Assembly: GCA_963205195.1 (NCBI GenBank)
Contig: CAUJHR010000023.1
Coordinates: 89,054-153,053, forward strand
Direction: 5' to 3'
Origin: Pseudomonadota bacterium
GTDB lineage: Bacteria; Pseudomonadota; Alphaproteobacteria; Rickettsiales; SXRF01
Length of the DNA: 64,000 nucleotides
How positions within the stretch are numbered: position 1 is the stretch's first letter; every line of letters starts with the position of its first letter. This document shows positions 18,905 to 29,725 of this stretch, piece by piece. The notes beneath the pieces are model-generated. The model was not told where the DNA came from. It made no database searches and was given only the letters and a program-made list of their open reading frames with translations. Position numbers and translations under genes: made by a program.

Positions 18905-20160
18905 GCTGCTAATTTGCTGCTGAGTTTTGAGTAAGGCGTAACTTTCGATACATCACCAAGTGCAGCAACAGTAAGTTTGCCGGATGCTATTTTCTCAGCA
19001 AGTTTTTTCAGCTGCTGCTTATCAACATTATCAATTTTTTTGATTATAGAATGGGCTTCCCTATATTCACCGAACAGAAGTAAATGCCTGCCTATCCATG
19101 AAGCAACAGTTTGCGGATTTTCCCTTGCCATAAGCAGTTCAGCTTTTTGCTGGTTCTTGGCGCGTGACATTTCATTATCGGAAATATCATTCGCCATTCC
19201 TGCGATCTGTTCGCAGATAACCAATGAAAGTTCCCCGGCTTTTTCAGGTGCTGCTGCAGCGTAAACACTCATCATGCCAAGGTCTTCATAGGCGGATGCC
19301 ATAGCGTATACCGTATAGGCCAGCCCACGCTTTTCGCGAACTTCCTGAAACAGGCGCGATGACATGCCGCCGCCTAAGATCGTGGTGTATAATTGCAATG
19401 CGTAATAATCTGGCGAGTGCATAGCAACGGCAGGCAGGCCGACAAGCAAGTGTAGCTGCTCAAAATCAGCGTTAATATAATTCTCACCGCCTATATACTC
19501 AGCTCTTTTAAAGCTATCACTATTTGCAACTTGTTCCATGTGGAAAAATCGTTTCACCAGTGCAACGAAATCTTCATGGTGTATATTCCCTGCAGCTGTT
19601 ACCACCATGCGCTGCGGGCGGTAATGCTTGGCCATATATGCCTGCAGGTCAGCCCTGCTATAGGCGGCTATTTTTTCTTTTGTGCCAAGTATTGGCCGTC
19701 CGAGCGGCTGTCCGGCAAAAGCCATAGCGTCGAAATGATCGACCACCAGGTCATCAGGTGTATCCTGGAACATTGCTATTTCCTGGATTATAACTTCTTT
19801 TTCGCGCTCCAGCTCTTCTTCAGTGAATATTGAATTCTGCATGATATCCGCAAGTACATCTACAGCCAGTTCGATATTATCCTTAAGCAGCTTAGCATAA
19901 TAAACCGTTAGCTCCATTGAAGTATAAGCATTAAGCTGGCCGCCTACAGCATCGAAAATCTCTGCTATGTCGCGGGCAGTACGGGTTTTGGTGCCTTTAA
20001 AAGCCATATGCTCAAGCAGGTGCGAAATGCCGTTTTCAGCCTCTGTTTCGTAGCGTGCCCCGGTGCCCACACTTACCGCAACCGCAACGCTCTCAACTCC
20101 CGCCAGGAATTCGCTGGCAACACGCATACCATTGGGTAAAGTTGTTATCTGGTAGCTCAT
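18901..20160 (-). CDS. M16-family zinc peptidase (mitochondrial processing peptidase-like)
   Basis: 419 aa. It has the inverted zincin motif HLLEHMAFKGT (HxxEH). Confidence 0.9.
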   Translation of the reverse strand: MSYQITTLPNGMRVASEFLAGVESVAVAVSVGTGARYETEAENGISHLLEHMAFKGTKTRTARDIAEIFDAVGGQLNAYTSMELTVYYAKLLKDNIELAVDVLADIMQNSIFTEEELEREKEVIIQEIAMFQDTPDDLVVDHFDAMAFAGQPLGRPILGTKEKIAAYSRADLQAYMAKHYRPQRMVVTAAGNIHHEDFVALVKRFFHMEQVANSDSFKRAEYIGGENYINADFEQLHLLVGLPAVAMHSPDYYALQLYTTILGGGMSSRLFQEVREKRGLAYTVYAMASAYEDLGMMSVYAAAAPEKAGELSLVICEQIAGMANDISDNEMSRAKNQQKAELLMARENPQTVASWIGRHLLLFGEYREAHSIIKKIDNVDKQQLKKLAEKIASGKLTVAALGDVSKVTPYSKLSSKLAA

Positions 20161-21545
20161 ATATTTTCCTCGATAAATTTTTTTATAGCAGCGGTTTCAT
20201 TGTTAAGGCGGGCGAATTTTTCTTTACGTTTAAATAAATCTTCAAGATGTGCAGGCAGGGCAGGATGGATGTTGCAGGCCTCTTCTACAGCTACCGGGAA
20301 TTTGGCAGGATGGGCAGTTGCCAGTACCACCAGAGTGGATTTATTATGTTTGCGCGCTTTATTGCCAGCGCATAATCCCACTGCTGTATGCGGATCAAGC
20401 AGTTCCCCTGTCTCTTCGTAACATTTTTTGATGGTAGATTTTGTTTCGGCATCATCAGCACGCGCTGCAGCAAATTCAGCACGCAGGCGCGCAAGAGCAC
20501 GCCCTGACAATTCAAGTTTTTTATCCTTACGGAAACCAGCCATCATATGGGTAATTGCTGCACCATCCCTATCATGCAGATCAAACAGCAGCCGTTCAAA
20601 ATTGCTGGAAACCTGTATATCCATGCTTGGTGATAAAGATGGCTCAACACCCGCAATTTCATAAATACCAGTTTTCAGGGTGCGCGCTAAAATATCGTTA
20701 CGGTTAGTTGCGATTATAAGCTGCCCGATAGGAAGTCCCATCTTCTTTGCTATATAGCCTGCGTAAATATCTCCGAAATTTCCAGTTGGCACCGAAAAAT
20801 TGATAGTCTTTGCTGGTGCGCCAAGCTGTAGCGCTGCGTAAAAATAATATACCACCTGTGCAACGATCCGTGCCCAGTTTATAGAATTAACAGCTGTGAG
20901 GTTATGTTTGCTTCTAAAGCTTTCATCGGCGAATAATGATTTAACAATATCCTGGCAATCATCGAATGTGCCATCAAGCGCTATGTTATGCACGTTTTCA
21001 TCAAGTACCGATGTCATCTGCAGGCGCTGTACATCCGACACACGTCCATGCGGGTACATGATAAAAATATCCATATTCCTGCGCCCTCGGCAGCCAGCGA
21101 TTGCGGCTGATCCGGTATCGCCGGAAGTTGCACCGATTATAACTACTTTCTTTTTGCGTTTCTCTAAAATATGGTCAAGAAGCCTTCCTAAAAACTGGAG
21201 CGCAAAATCTTTAAATGCCAGAGTTTCGCCGTGGAAAAGTTCCAGCAGGTAAGTTTGTGAATCAAGCTGCTTAAGAGGGGCGACGGCAGCATGGCGGAAG
21301 GTTTTATATGACTCATCTATAATTTTTTTAAGCGCATCCGGCGCAATGGTTTCGCCGGTAAAACGTGATATAATATTATAGGCAAGTTCAGGATAGGAGA
21401 GCGATTGCATTGCGCTGATTTCGGGCATCGTAAGTTCAGGGACATATTGGGGTACATATAGCCCGCCATCAGGCGCAAGCCCGGCAAGAACACAATCTTC
21501 AAAGGGTAATTCCGGGGAAGCTCCCCGCGTGGAAATATATTTCAT
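20157..21545 (-). CDS. thrC: Threonine synthase
   Basis: 462 aa. MKYISTRG N-terminus and the PLP-lysine region ETLAFKDFALQFLG. Confidence 0.95.
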   Translation of the reverse strand: MKYISTRGASPELPFEDCVLAGLAPDGGLYVPQYVPELTMPEISAMQSLSYPELAYNIISRFTGETIAPDALKKIIDESYKTFRHAAVAPLKQLDSQTYLLELFHGETLAFKDFALQFLGRLLDHILEKRKKKVVIIGATSGDTGSAAIAGCRGRRNMDIFIMYPHGRVSDVQRLQMTSVLDENVHNIALDGTFDDCQDIVKSLFADESFRSKHNLTAVNSINWARIVAQVVYYFYAALQLGAPAKTINFSVPTGNFGDIYAGYIAKKMGLPIGQLIIATNRNDILARTLKTGIYEIAGVEPSLSPSMDIQVSSNFERLLFDLHDRDGAAITHMMAGFRKDKKLELSGRALARLRAEFAAARADDAETKSTIKKCYEETGELLDPHTAVGLCAGNKARKHNKSTLVVLATAHPAKFPVAVEEACNIHPALPAHLEDLFKRKEKFARLNNETAAIKKFIEENI

Positions 21546-22240
21546 TATTTTATTTTAGCCTTCCGATAGTAAAAAGCAAACATTACAATCCCCGATATTG
21601 CAGTTGCGAACCAGGTTATTGCATATCCTAAATGGTCATTTTGCAGATTTATTTTACCATCGCCAACTATGGGGAAAACACCGCTTTGCTCTTTTCCGGT
21701 TTCTTCAATTACCAGTGGCGAAAGGGAAATCCCCGAAGCTTGTGACATTGCGGGTATATTCTCATAAAACCATACATTTTTCTCAGGCAGGTTTTCGGGG
21801 GCAAAAAAACGCTTTGTGCGCGCAGGGCGTATGATCCCTTCTATGGTCTGGATCCCTTCCGGCCTGCTTTCCTTGCCCGGCGGTGCAAAGCCTCTGTTTA
21901 CCAGTATTGTCCTGCCATCATTTTCCACAGTGAAAGGTGTTACTATGAAATAGCCGGGGAAATTACCACGCTGGCGCCCTATCATATGCAGGGATTTTTC
22001 ATGATTGAATTTTCCCCGCAGGATAACCCGTCTATATTCCAGATTTTCTATATTTTGCGGCAGGCTTTGCAGCGGCGGCATTGATTGAGCCTGCGCTATT
22101 TCCTTAATTAAGCCATTTTTCCACTCCAGCCTTAACAATTGCCATGTGCCGAGATAAGTAAGGGTTATGGTCGCAAAAATAATAAATAGCAGCGGTATAA
22201 GCTGCGGCTTCCTGAAATTGTCGCTTAAAAAACCTGTCAT
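21545..22240 (-). CDS. SURF1-family cytochrome oxidase assembly protein
   Basis: TM-soluble-TM topology with GTWQLLRLEWK and HLGYAITWF motifs. I prefer ATG 22240 over the track's TTG 22276. Its stop overlaps the thrC start by 1 nt. Confidence 0.8.
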   Translation of the reverse strand: MTGFLSDNFRKPQLIPLLFIIFATITLTYLGTWQLLRLEWKNGLIKEIAQAQSMPPLQSLPQNIENLEYRRVILRGKFNHEKSLHMIGRQRGNFPGYFIVTPFTVENDGRTILVNRGFAPPGKESRPEGIQTIEGIIRPARTKRFFAPENLPEKNVWFYENIPAMSQASGISLSPLVIEETGKEQSGVFPIVGDGKINLQNDHLGYAITWFATAISGIVMFAFYYRKAKIK

Positions 22241-22283
22241 TTGAAATATCCGATAAAAAAAGTCCGGTTTGTGCAAACAGCAC

Positions 22284-22311
22284 TTGAACCTTATATTGGA
22301 GGGACTATATA
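22284..22311 (+). promoter_or_regulatory. Putative sigma70-type promoter of the peroxiredoxin-trxB pair
   Basis: TTGAAC (22284-22289), a 16-bp spacer, then TATATA (22306-22311), about 50 bp upstream of ATG 22359. This is a motif match only. Confidence 0.3.
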
Positions 22312-22358
22312 TTTACCAGTGGATTTTGGCAATTTAACTGACTTCTTAAGGAGAAATT

Positions 22359-22997
22359 ATGAGTGTTTTAGTTGGCAAGCAGGCCCCGGATTTTACTGCA
22401 AAAGCTGTCCTGGCTGATGGTAGTTTTGATGAAAAATTCAATCTTTACAATCATTTGGGAATCAAGAAGGATGCTTCTGGAAAAGTCACTAAAAAAGGTA
22501 AGATCGGTATATTGTTTTTCTGGCCGCTTGATTTTACTTTTGTTTGCCCATCCGAAATCATAGCTTTCAATAACAGGCTTAAAGAATTCAAGCTCCGCAA
22601 AGCAGAAGTTATCGGCATTTCAGTTGATTCTCATTTTACCCATCTGGCCTGGAAACAGGTGCCGGTTGAAAAAGGCGGTATTGGCAATGTGCAGTTCCCT
22701 ATGGTTGCCGACCTTACCAAATCCATCTCTCGTGATTATGACGTATTGCTAGGCGATGCAGTTGCTTTCCGCGGCACCTTTATGATCGATGGAAATGGGG
22801 TTGTCCGCCATCAACTGGTAAATGACCTGCCGCTTGGACGTAATGTTGACGAAGCACTGCGTATGGTTGACGCATTGCAGTTCCATGAAGAGCATGGGGA
22901 AGTTTGCCCAGCTGGTTGGCAGCGAGGCGAAGAAGGTATGAAAGCCAGTGCCGAAGGCGTGGCTAAATATTTAAAAGGTCACGCTAAGAAGCTATAA
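22359..22997 (+). CDS. Typical 2-Cys peroxiredoxin (AhpC/Tsa family)
   Basis: Peroxidatic Cys context DFTFVCPSEI and resolving Cys context GEVCPAGW. It has a Lys-rich insert (KKDASGKVTKKGK) before the first motif. Confidence 0.9.
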   Translation: MSVLVGKQAPDFTAKAVLADGSFDEKFNLYNHLGIKKDASGKVTKKGKIGILFFWPLDFTFVCPSEIIAFNNRLKEFKLRKAEVIGISVDSHFTHLAWKQVPVEKGGIGNVQFPMVADLTKSISRDYDVLLGDAVAFRGTFMIDGNGVVRHQLVNDLPLGRNVDEALRMVDALQFHEEHGEVCPAGWQRGEEGMKASAEGVAKYLKGHAKKL

Positions 22998-23000
22998 ATT

Positions 23001-23939
23001 ATGGCAAGTTATACCACTAAAGTCCTTATTATTGGGTCCGGCGCCGCAGGTTGCACAGCATCTATCTATGCGGCCCGCGCCGGGCTTAACCCTATCATGG
23101 TGCATGGGTTGCAGCCCGGCGGCCAGCTTACAATAACTTCTGATGTTGAAAATTACCCAGGCTTTGAACATGCTGTTCAAGGCCCTTGGCTAATGGAGCA
23201 GATGGAAAAGCAGGCTGCCCATGTAGGCACAAAAATTTTCCATGATACAATAATGGAGGTCGATCTTTCCAAGCGTCCCTTTATCGCAAAGGGCGAATCT
23301 GGTGATGAATATATTAGCGATACCCTTGTAATCGCAACTGGCGCATCGGCGCGCTGGTTGGGGCTGGAAAGCGAAAAGAAATTTTCCGGCTTCGGTGTTT
23401 CTGCCTGCGCGACCTGTGATGGATTCTTTTTCAAGAACAAAGAGGTCGTGGTGATAGGCGGCGGCAATAGCGCAGTAGAAGAAGCGCTTTACCTTGCTAA
23501 CATCGCTTCGAAAGTTACCCTTATCCACCGCCGTGATTCTTTGCGTGCGGAAAAAATCGGTCAGGAGAGGCTGTTTGCGAATCCGAAAGTTTCGGTTATC
23601 TGGGATAGCGCGGTAGAAGAGTTTTTAGGCACGGAAGAGCCAAATTCACTTACCGCAGTGCGTATAAAAAATTTAAAAACCGGTGCGATCTCGGAAGTGA
23701 AAACTGATGGTGCATTTGTTGCAATCGGGCATTCACCGAATACCGAACTTTTCAAAGATGCTATCACGCTCGATAAAGATAACTATATCCAGACCACACC
23801 CGGCAGCACTAAAACCAATATAGAAGGTGTCTTCGCAGCCGGTGATGTACAGGATAAAATATTCAGGCAGGCGGTAACCGCAGCCGGAACGGGTTGTATG
23901 GCGGCGCTTGAAGCTGAGCGTTTTTTAAGCGGTCATTAA
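23001..23939 (+). CDS. trxB: Thioredoxin-disulfide reductase
   Basis: 312 aa. FAD motif IIGSGAAG, redox-active CATCDG, NADPH motif VIGGGNSAVEEA. Confidence 0.95.
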   Translation: MASYTTKVLIIGSGAAGCTASIYAARAGLNPIMVHGLQPGGQLTITSDVENYPGFEHAVQGPWLMEQMEKQAAHVGTKIFHDTIMEVDLSKRPFIAKGESGDEYISDTLVIATGASARWLGLESEKKFSGFGVSACATCDGFFFKNKEVVVIGGGNSAVEEALYLANIASKVTLIHRRDSLRAEKIGQERLFANPKVSVIWDSAVEEFLGTEEPNSLTAVRIKNLKTGAISEVKTDGAFVAIGHSPNTELFKDAITLDKDNYIQTTPGSTKTNIEGVFAAGDVQDKIFRQAVTAAGTGCMAALEAERFLSGH

Positions 23940-24022
23940 TTCCTTAAAGCTATTGAGGAAAATAATTGACAATCAAAAGCTATTCTGGTGTAGATGTTGG
24001 CTGGAAATAACCCAAAAAAACG

Positions 24023-24868
24023 GTGCTTAAAATGTCAAATATTGCCAGTAAATCAAATCTTGCAGAATCCTCTAATGAAACTATCGAAGACCGCAAGCTT
24101 AAAGAAATAGAATGGTCGGATTTTCGCCGTACCCTTACAAAAGAGGAAGATGGTGCCGATTTTGATAAATACACCGCCAATTTAAAATATTATTGTATCA
24201 TTGATAAGCAGACCGAAGAAATCAAGCAATGGCTTATCGCTAATACCAAAGGCAAGGATGTTTTTGAAATGGCTTGCGGTAATACTGCTATGCTTCCGCA
24301 TGTTGCCGGAATAGTCCGCACTGCTGTTGCAGCAGATATAGCACCCGTTACCATAGAGCTTGCAAAAAACAGCGCAAAAGGAAATCCTGACCTGGAGAAA
24401 ATTGATTACAGGGTTATGGACTGCGAAAAAACCGGTCTTCCTGATAATTCTTTTGATGTGATACTTGAGCAAGGCGCACTGCATCACATGGATCTGGATG
24501 CTGCATATAAGGAAGCAGCGCGTTTATTACGTCCCGGCGGAAAGTTTTTCTGCCTTGAAGCCATCCGCCATAATCCGGTTATACATTTATACCGCCGCCT
24601 GACCCCGCATCTCCGTACTGCTTGGGAAGTAGACCATATACTGGGCCAGCCGCAGGTTATGAAGGGCCTTGAGTATTTTAACAAAATAGAAAAGAAGCAT
24701 TATTATATTGTTTCCATTATTGCTGTTCCATTCCGTAATACTAAGCTTTTCAAGCCTTTGCTGGCAGTTTTAGAGGGTATTGATGCTGTTCTTACAAGGA
24801 TCCCAGGCATGCAATGGCTGGCATGGCAATGCTGGTTTGTTTTAAGCGAGCCAAAAAACAAGCAATAA
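24023..24868 (+). CDS. Class I SAM-dependent methyltransferase
   Basis: Motif I VFEMACGN and the post-I/II context DVILEQGALHHM...LRPGGKF. The track start is GTG 24023; an alternative is ATG 24032. It is the first gene of the glycan locus. Confidence 0.75.
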   Translation: MLKMSNIASKSNLAESSNETIEDRKLKEIEWSDFRRTLTKEEDGADFDKYTANLKYYCIIDKQTEEIKQWLIANTKGKDVFEMACGNTAMLPHVAGIVRTAVAADIAPVTIELAKNSAKGNPDLEKIDYRVMDCEKTGLPDNSFDVILEQGALHHMDLDAAYKEAARLLRPGGKFFCLEAIRHNPVIHLYRRLTPHLRTAWEVDHILGQPQVMKGLEYFNKIEKKHYYIVSIIAVPFRNTKLFKPLLAVLEGIDAVLTRIPGMQWLAWQCWFVLSEPKNKQ

Positions 24869-24877
24869 TCCATAGGA

Positions 24878-26254
24878 GTGTGCATTAGCATGTGGCTGGG
24901 GATTTTTGTAATCGCCATATCTCTTTTAGTTAGCACATATTCAATTTATTTATGTTATAAAAGGGAAGGGCTATATTCTACAGCCTTTTTCTTTTCCTTT
25001 GGGGCGTTTGTTTATTTTTTGCTAATCCCATCAGAGATGATAATAAGGCATGGGATAAAATTACCAATAGATTTACAATATTCGGCTTCGACCCCTACAG
25101 GGCAAATTCTCTTTTATAAAATAGCTTTTATTGGCGTCACGGCTATTTTAAGTTTTACAATTGGCCTTATTTTATCTGGATTTAAATCAAAGGCACCTGA
25201 TTCCATAAGCCAGGCAGAATATGTTGGCAAGAATAGGGCAGCAGGCAATTTATTTGAAAAATCCACCCTTCTATTGTCAATAAGTTCTATCGCAACCCTT
25301 CTGGTGCTTTTCCCTAACTTTTTACCGGCAATGAAAGCTTCTTATGCCTCAGCATATGATACAAAATATCACAATCCGCTACCTACTTTTATTTACGAAA
25401 TATTTTATATTTCGAATGCTATTCTTGCCACTTTATTAGTTATAAAAAGAAAACTTGTTTGTTTTATTGTCGGGGCATTGCTTTTTGCCGGAAACTTTTT
25501 TTTGACTTTTACAACTTTTATAAAAGCTCCCGCTGTAGTCGCTTTATTAGGCTGCGGATATTCCTATTTCTTTTTAATGAGAAATAAAAAGATTGCATTT
25601 AGCCTTATGTTCGTGGGTATAGCGGCGATCCTATTTGTTCTTATGCCTATGGTTAATATAGCAAAATCTCCAGTCGCAAGGGAATCATTTGCAAAAATAT
25701 TTGAATATTATGTTGGAAATTTTCGTTTTACTTTTATGGATACAGACGCTTCCGGCCCCATGGAGGCAACCTTAATTGCGGTGAGCGATGATTCACATTT
25801 ATTGTTGGGAAAAACCTATATTGATGGCTTAAGTCTTTTTATTCCCCGTATTTTATGGAAAGATCGCCCGCTTGACATTGCTGAATCATTTGCGCGCGAT
25901 CATGTCGTAAACTGGCAGCCGGGGCAGGGCATGGGATTTGGTCCAATAGCTGAAGCTTATGTTAATTTTGGGCTGTATTTCTCTTTTCTTGAGTTCATAA
26001 TTTTTGGATTATTATGGGGAGTATTCTGGCGTGTATTGCAAAAAGCAACTTCCATTTTTAATTCGCCGGTTCAATTCGATATTATATACAGGATAGTTGG
26101 CTTTTATGTTATGGTCCAATTTTTCCGTGGATTCATTATGGGAACATTCAAGCCGGTTATTATGATATTGTTTCCTATAATGATCTCCACATTCTTTATT
26201 TATTTTCTTCAAAAGCACTTAGCTTATAAAAGCGAACAGTTAGTAGATAAATGA
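24878..26254 (+). CDS. O-antigen/oligosaccharide repeat-unit polymerase (Wzy-like) membrane protein
   Basis: 458 aa with about 11-12 TM helices and a late loop GFGPIAEAYVNFGLYFSF that resembles the Wzy-family motif. The call is context-supported. The start is uncertain (GTG 24878 or ATG 24890). Confidence 0.55.
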   Translation: MCISMWLGIFVIAISLLVSTYSIYLCYKREGLYSTAFFFSFGAFVYFLLIPSEMIIRHGIKLPIDLQYSASTPTGQILFYKIAFIGVTAILSFTIGLILSGFKSKAPDSISQAEYVGKNRAAGNLFEKSTLLLSISSIATLLVLFPNFLPAMKASYASAYDTKYHNPLPTFIYEIFYISNAILATLLVIKRKLVCFIVGALLFAGNFFLTFTTFIKAPAVVALLGCGYSYFFLMRNKKIAFSLMFVGIAAILFVLMPMVNIAKSPVARESFAKIFEYYVGNFRFTFMDTDASGPMEATLIAVSDDSHLLLGKTYIDGLSLFIPRILWKDRPLDIAESFARDHVVNWQPGQGMGFGPIAEAYVNFGLYFSFLEFIIFGLLWGVFWRVLQKATSIFNSPVQFDIIYRIVGFYVMVQFFRGFIMGTFKPVIMILFPIMISTFFIYFLQKHLAYKSEQLVDK

Positions 26255-27234
26255 TAAAGATATTATGGCCGCATACCTATTCCCCGGAAGCAAAAAATTC
26301 TGGGGTATTTATGTTTCAGCTTATCGATCCTTTGAAAAAACAAGGTATTGAAGTTATACCTTTGTATATAGGCGGAATAAAAAAAAATCCGGTAAGATTT
26401 ATAAAATCGATTCCCGATATAATGCAGACAGCTTCAAAATGCGATCTTGTCCACGCCCAGTATGGTTCTATGTGCGGCTTGCTTTCCGTATTCTTACACA
26501 GGAAAAAACTATTATCATTACGTGGTTCAGATTGGTATGGAATAGCTGGGGCAAGCCGACAGCAAAAGATCCATAGTTTCTTAGCCAGAAGCTTTACAAA
26601 ACTATCTTTGCCATTTTATAAAAAAATTATTGTCATGTCGAACAGGATGGCAAATGAAGTGAATAACAAGCATCCAAGATGCAGCGTGGTTGCTATAGCA
26701 GATGGAATTGATTTAGATAAATTCTACCCGATGGATAAGGCAGATTGCCGAAAAAAATTAGGAATGGATGCAAATGCAATATATGTTTTATTTACTTCAG
26801 CATCAGAAGGAAATTTTGTGAAGCGTGAATGGTTAGCGCATAAAGCCTGTGAATTGGCCAGGAATGAAATTGCTGAGCTGAGAATTATGATCGCAGAGAA
26901 AATAGACCATGACCTGATGCCTTATTATATTAATGCCTGTAACCTTACAATCATTACATCGCTTCATGAAGGCTGGCCTAATTGTATAAAAGAAGCTTTG
27001 GCTTGTAATGTTCCATTTGTTGCCACAGATATTAGCGATTTACAGGAAATAGCGAATAAAACTACATCCTGTATGGTGGTAGAGGCTGATGAAGTAAAAT
27101 TATCCAAGGCAATAATACAAATCAGCAAGGTTGCCGGTGGGGATGATTTAAGGAATTTTATTTCTGATATGACTGTAGAAAATTGTTCTAGAAAACTTAA
27201 AGAGGAATATGAAAAAGTGATTTTCAATCGCTAA
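26251..27234 (+). CDS. Glycosyltransferase family 4 (GT-B, retaining)
   Basis: The C-terminal EX7E-type motif SLHEGWPNCIKEALACNVPFVATD. Its start overlaps the upstream stop (ATGA). Confidence 0.75.
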   Translation: MIKILWPHTYSPEAKNSGVFMFQLIDPLKKQGIEVIPLYIGGIKKNPVRFIKSIPDIMQTASKCDLVHAQYGSMCGLLSVFLHRKKLLSLRGSDWYGIAGASRQQKIHSFLARSFTKLSLPFYKKIIVMSNRMANEVNNKHPRCSVVAIADGIDLDKFYPMDKADCRKKLGMDANAIYVLFTSASEGNFVKREWLAHKACELARNEIAELRIMIAEKIDHDLMPYYINACNLTIITSLHEGWPNCIKEALACNVPFVATDISDLQEIANKTTSCMVVEADEVKLSKAIIQISKVAGGDDLRNFISDMTVENCSRKLKEEYEKVIFNR

Positions 27235-28222
27235 TATTTCTTTCCCATTCCAGCGAAGTTTTTATCAATTCACTTAAATTATCATGCTGGGGCTTCCACA
27301 ATAAATTTCCCCTTATTTTATCTGTGCTGGCAATGATTTTTTCAATATCGCCATTGCGCCTTTCGCCGAATTTATATTGTATTTTTTTTGTAATTAAAGA
27401 TTCTGCTGCATTGATTAATTCCAATATTGAAAAACCGTGCCCATACCCACAATTTATCAAAAATGGCGTATTCTTACAATTAGGTTTCTCCTGTTTATTG
27501 TCCAAATATTCCAGAAAAATACGGTGTGCGCTGGCAAGGTCGGAAACATGTATGAAATCCCTTACACAGGTTCCGTCATCGGTATTATAATCATTTCCAT
27601 AAATAGTGAACTCTTGCTCATGTAAAATAGCACGGCATAAAGAAGAGAATACATTGGTTGCATTTCGATTAGGCTGTCCGGTACGTCCCTTAGGGTCTGC
27701 ACCTGCGACATTGAAATAGCGCATGATGCCGAAATTTATGGATGTACAAGGTGCAAAATCATAAATGAATTTTTCAGCCATAAATTTAGAAGAGCCATAG
27801 GGGGTGATAGGGGCGCAATAAGTTTCCTCATCCACCTCTGCTGACTCAGGGTTACCATATACGGCAGCAGTAGATGAGAACAGGAATTTAGATAAATTCC
27901 TATTGGCGCAGAATGCAATTAGATTCATGGTTTTAGCCGCATTCTCACGGTAATATTCTATAGGCTTGTTCAATGAGTCAGAGGCATCTATAAGGGCAGC
28001 GCAATGAATTACGGAATCTATCTCATGATCATTAAAGATTTTATTTAGCAGTTCGGGATCAGAAAAATCACCTTTATAAAAAAATGAATCTTCAGGAACC
28101 AGTTTTTTTTGTCCGGTGCTTAAATTATCAATAATTATTATTTTATAATTATTATCTAATAATTCATAACATATATGGGAGCCAATATAACCAGCTCCTC
28201 CAGTAATTATTACTTTTTTCAT
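27224..28222 (-). CDS. NAD-dependent UDP-hexose 4-epimerase (GalE/WbpP-like SDR)
   Basis: MKKVIITGGAGYIGSH Rossmann motif and catalytic YGSSKFMAEK (YxxxK). Its 3' end overlaps the convergent GT4 gene by 11 bp. Confidence 0.85.
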   Translation of the reverse strand: MKKVIITGGAGYIGSHICYELLDNNYKIIIIDNLSTGQKKLVPEDSFFYKGDFSDPELLNKIFNDHEIDSVIHCAALIDASDSLNKPIEYYRENAAKTMNLIAFCANRNLSKFLFSSTAAVYGNPESAEVDEETYCAPITPYGSSKFMAEKFIYDFAPCTSINFGIMRYFNVAGADPKGRTGQPNRNATNVFSSLCRAILHEQEFTIYGNDYNTDDGTCVRDFIHVSDLASAHRIFLEYLDNKQEKPNCKNTPFLINCGYGHGFSILELINAAESLITKKIQYKFGERRNGDIEKIIASTDKIRGNLLWKPQHDNLSELIKTSLEWERNISD

Positions 28223-28237
28223 ACTATTATTATGCCG

Positions 28238-29560
28238 TTAACTTTTGCCAAGGTCCTTAGTAGCATTATGTATTTCAAAAGCCAACCATAGATAGATAAA
28301 AGTAAAGGTAGCTGATATACAGGTCAGGTAATTTACAATATCCATGCTATAGAAATAATTATAAACCAGCAGGAAGAGCATTAAAATTGCCCAAACAAAA
28401 TTAATTACGAATTGGCGATGTATACGCCTGGTGAGAACTAATAAATTTAAGGTAGGACCAATTGCCAGCTGGGTAACCAGGGAAGGCAGCAGGATCTGAC
28501 AATAAATACCTGCGTTTTCCCATGATTTTCCAAAAACTAAGGAAAATAACCATGGGCCATATATTAGAACCAGAAAAATTGCCGGTGTCATTAATAAAAA
28601 TAACTGCGATGTAAGCCTTATAAAGCGGTTATGCACCAGCCTGGGAGTATTATGGAATATATTTGTTATATTGCCGAAAAATACCTGCATCACTGGAGTT
28701 ATTATCACATTAGCCATTGATTGCACCGCAGTATATGCAATGCTTATATAACCAGCTTCAGTTTCTCCGTAAAAAAATATTATGCTTAACGGAAGTATAA
28801 CAAGTGGAAATTCATTCAGTAATGAAGAAACAGTATGTATAGAAAATTGTTTCCTGTAAGGCCTTATAATGCTTAACCATATAGGATATTGCCTTATATG
28901 CTTCAAAAGTGAGAAATTTATACTTTTTTTCCATAGCGTATATATAACCGCTAATCTTCCTGCCGTATCCCCAATTACCAACCCTAATGCTGCTATTCTT
29001 ATAAATAATAATGGTATCATTAAACGTAAAATCACCTGCCAGATGGCTTGGCTTGATTGGCTAATACCAATGGTTGTGTAATCTTCAAAACGAATCAGCC
29101 ATTGTCGTAAAACAATATATAATAAGACCCCGGTTGCGCTAAAAACAAAGCATAACCTGATCCCAATAGATGAGTAGCCGTCAGAAATATATGGCCATAC
29201 CGTAAACACGAATAAGGTCATTAATATGATAATGAAAAAGCTAACTGTAAGAGCGGCAGATAAAATATATTGCGCCTTTCGCCTGGAGCGCGATAGGGGA
29301 ATAAGATACTCAATTTTAAGAGCGCCTATACACGAAATGAAGCCAAGCATCGCAATGAAACCGCTGAGAACACCAAAATTTTCAGGTGTGTAAAGCCTTG
29401 ATAAGAATGGCAGGCTTGCTGCAGTAATTGCTTTTGAAATAGCAGAAAAAGTTGATAAGCGAAATATATCTGCAAAAAAACGGCGCTCGGCTGGATTTTT
29501 TATATTAAGTAATGAAGCAATTTTTTTTGCTAAAATTAATGCTGCCATGCTATTTTCCAA
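28238..29560 (-). CDS. MOP-superfamily polysaccharide flippase (Wzx-like)
   Basis: 440 aa with about 12 TM helices. The N-terminal pattern is typical of the polysaccharide biosynthesis protein family. The call is context-supported. Confidence 0.65.
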   Translation of the reverse strand: MENSMAALILAKKIASLLNIKNPAERRFFADIFRLSTFSAISKAITAASLPFLSRLYTPENFGVLSGFIAMLGFISCIGALKIEYLIPLSRSRRKAQYILSAALTVSFFIIILMTLFVFTVWPYISDGYSSIGIRLCFVFSATGVLLYIVLRQWLIRFEDYTTIGISQSSQAIWQVILRLMIPLLFIRIAALGLVIGDTAGRLAVIYTLWKKSINFSLLKHIRQYPIWLSIIRPYRKQFSIHTVSSLLNEFPLVILPLSIIFFYGETEAGYISIAYTAVQSMANVIITPVMQVFFGNITNIFHNTPRLVHNRFIRLTSQLFLLMTPAIFLVLIYGPWLFSLVFGKSWENAGIYCQILLPSLVTQLAIGPTLNLLVLTRRIHRQFVINFVWAILMLFLLVYNYFYSMDIVNYLTCISATFTFIYLWLAFEIHNATKDLGKS

Positions 29561-29725
29561 TTTTTACAAATAAGCTTATATCCTATTTACTCATAAGACT
29601 CTATTGATTATCGTTCCTCTGAAATTATTCATAATTCAAGATTAATAAAACCCTATGCCATTATAATTAAATATACTAATTGGTGTATATCTATTCAAAA
29701 AATATATTCAGGAAAATTTTATCTC

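Noticed and set aside
26379-26387. Homopolymeric tracts in glycan genes as phase-variation switches (A9 in the GT4 gene at 26379-26387, T8 in the Wzy-like gene at 25496-25503, T8 in the Wzx-like gene at 29521-29528)
   Set aside because: All the ORFs are intact. The tracts encode Lys/Phe runs expected in an AT-rich genome. Similar A8/T8 runs occur in non-glycan genes (for example 59847-59854). A/T tracts of this length are weak slippage substrates. The idea cannot be tested without population data.
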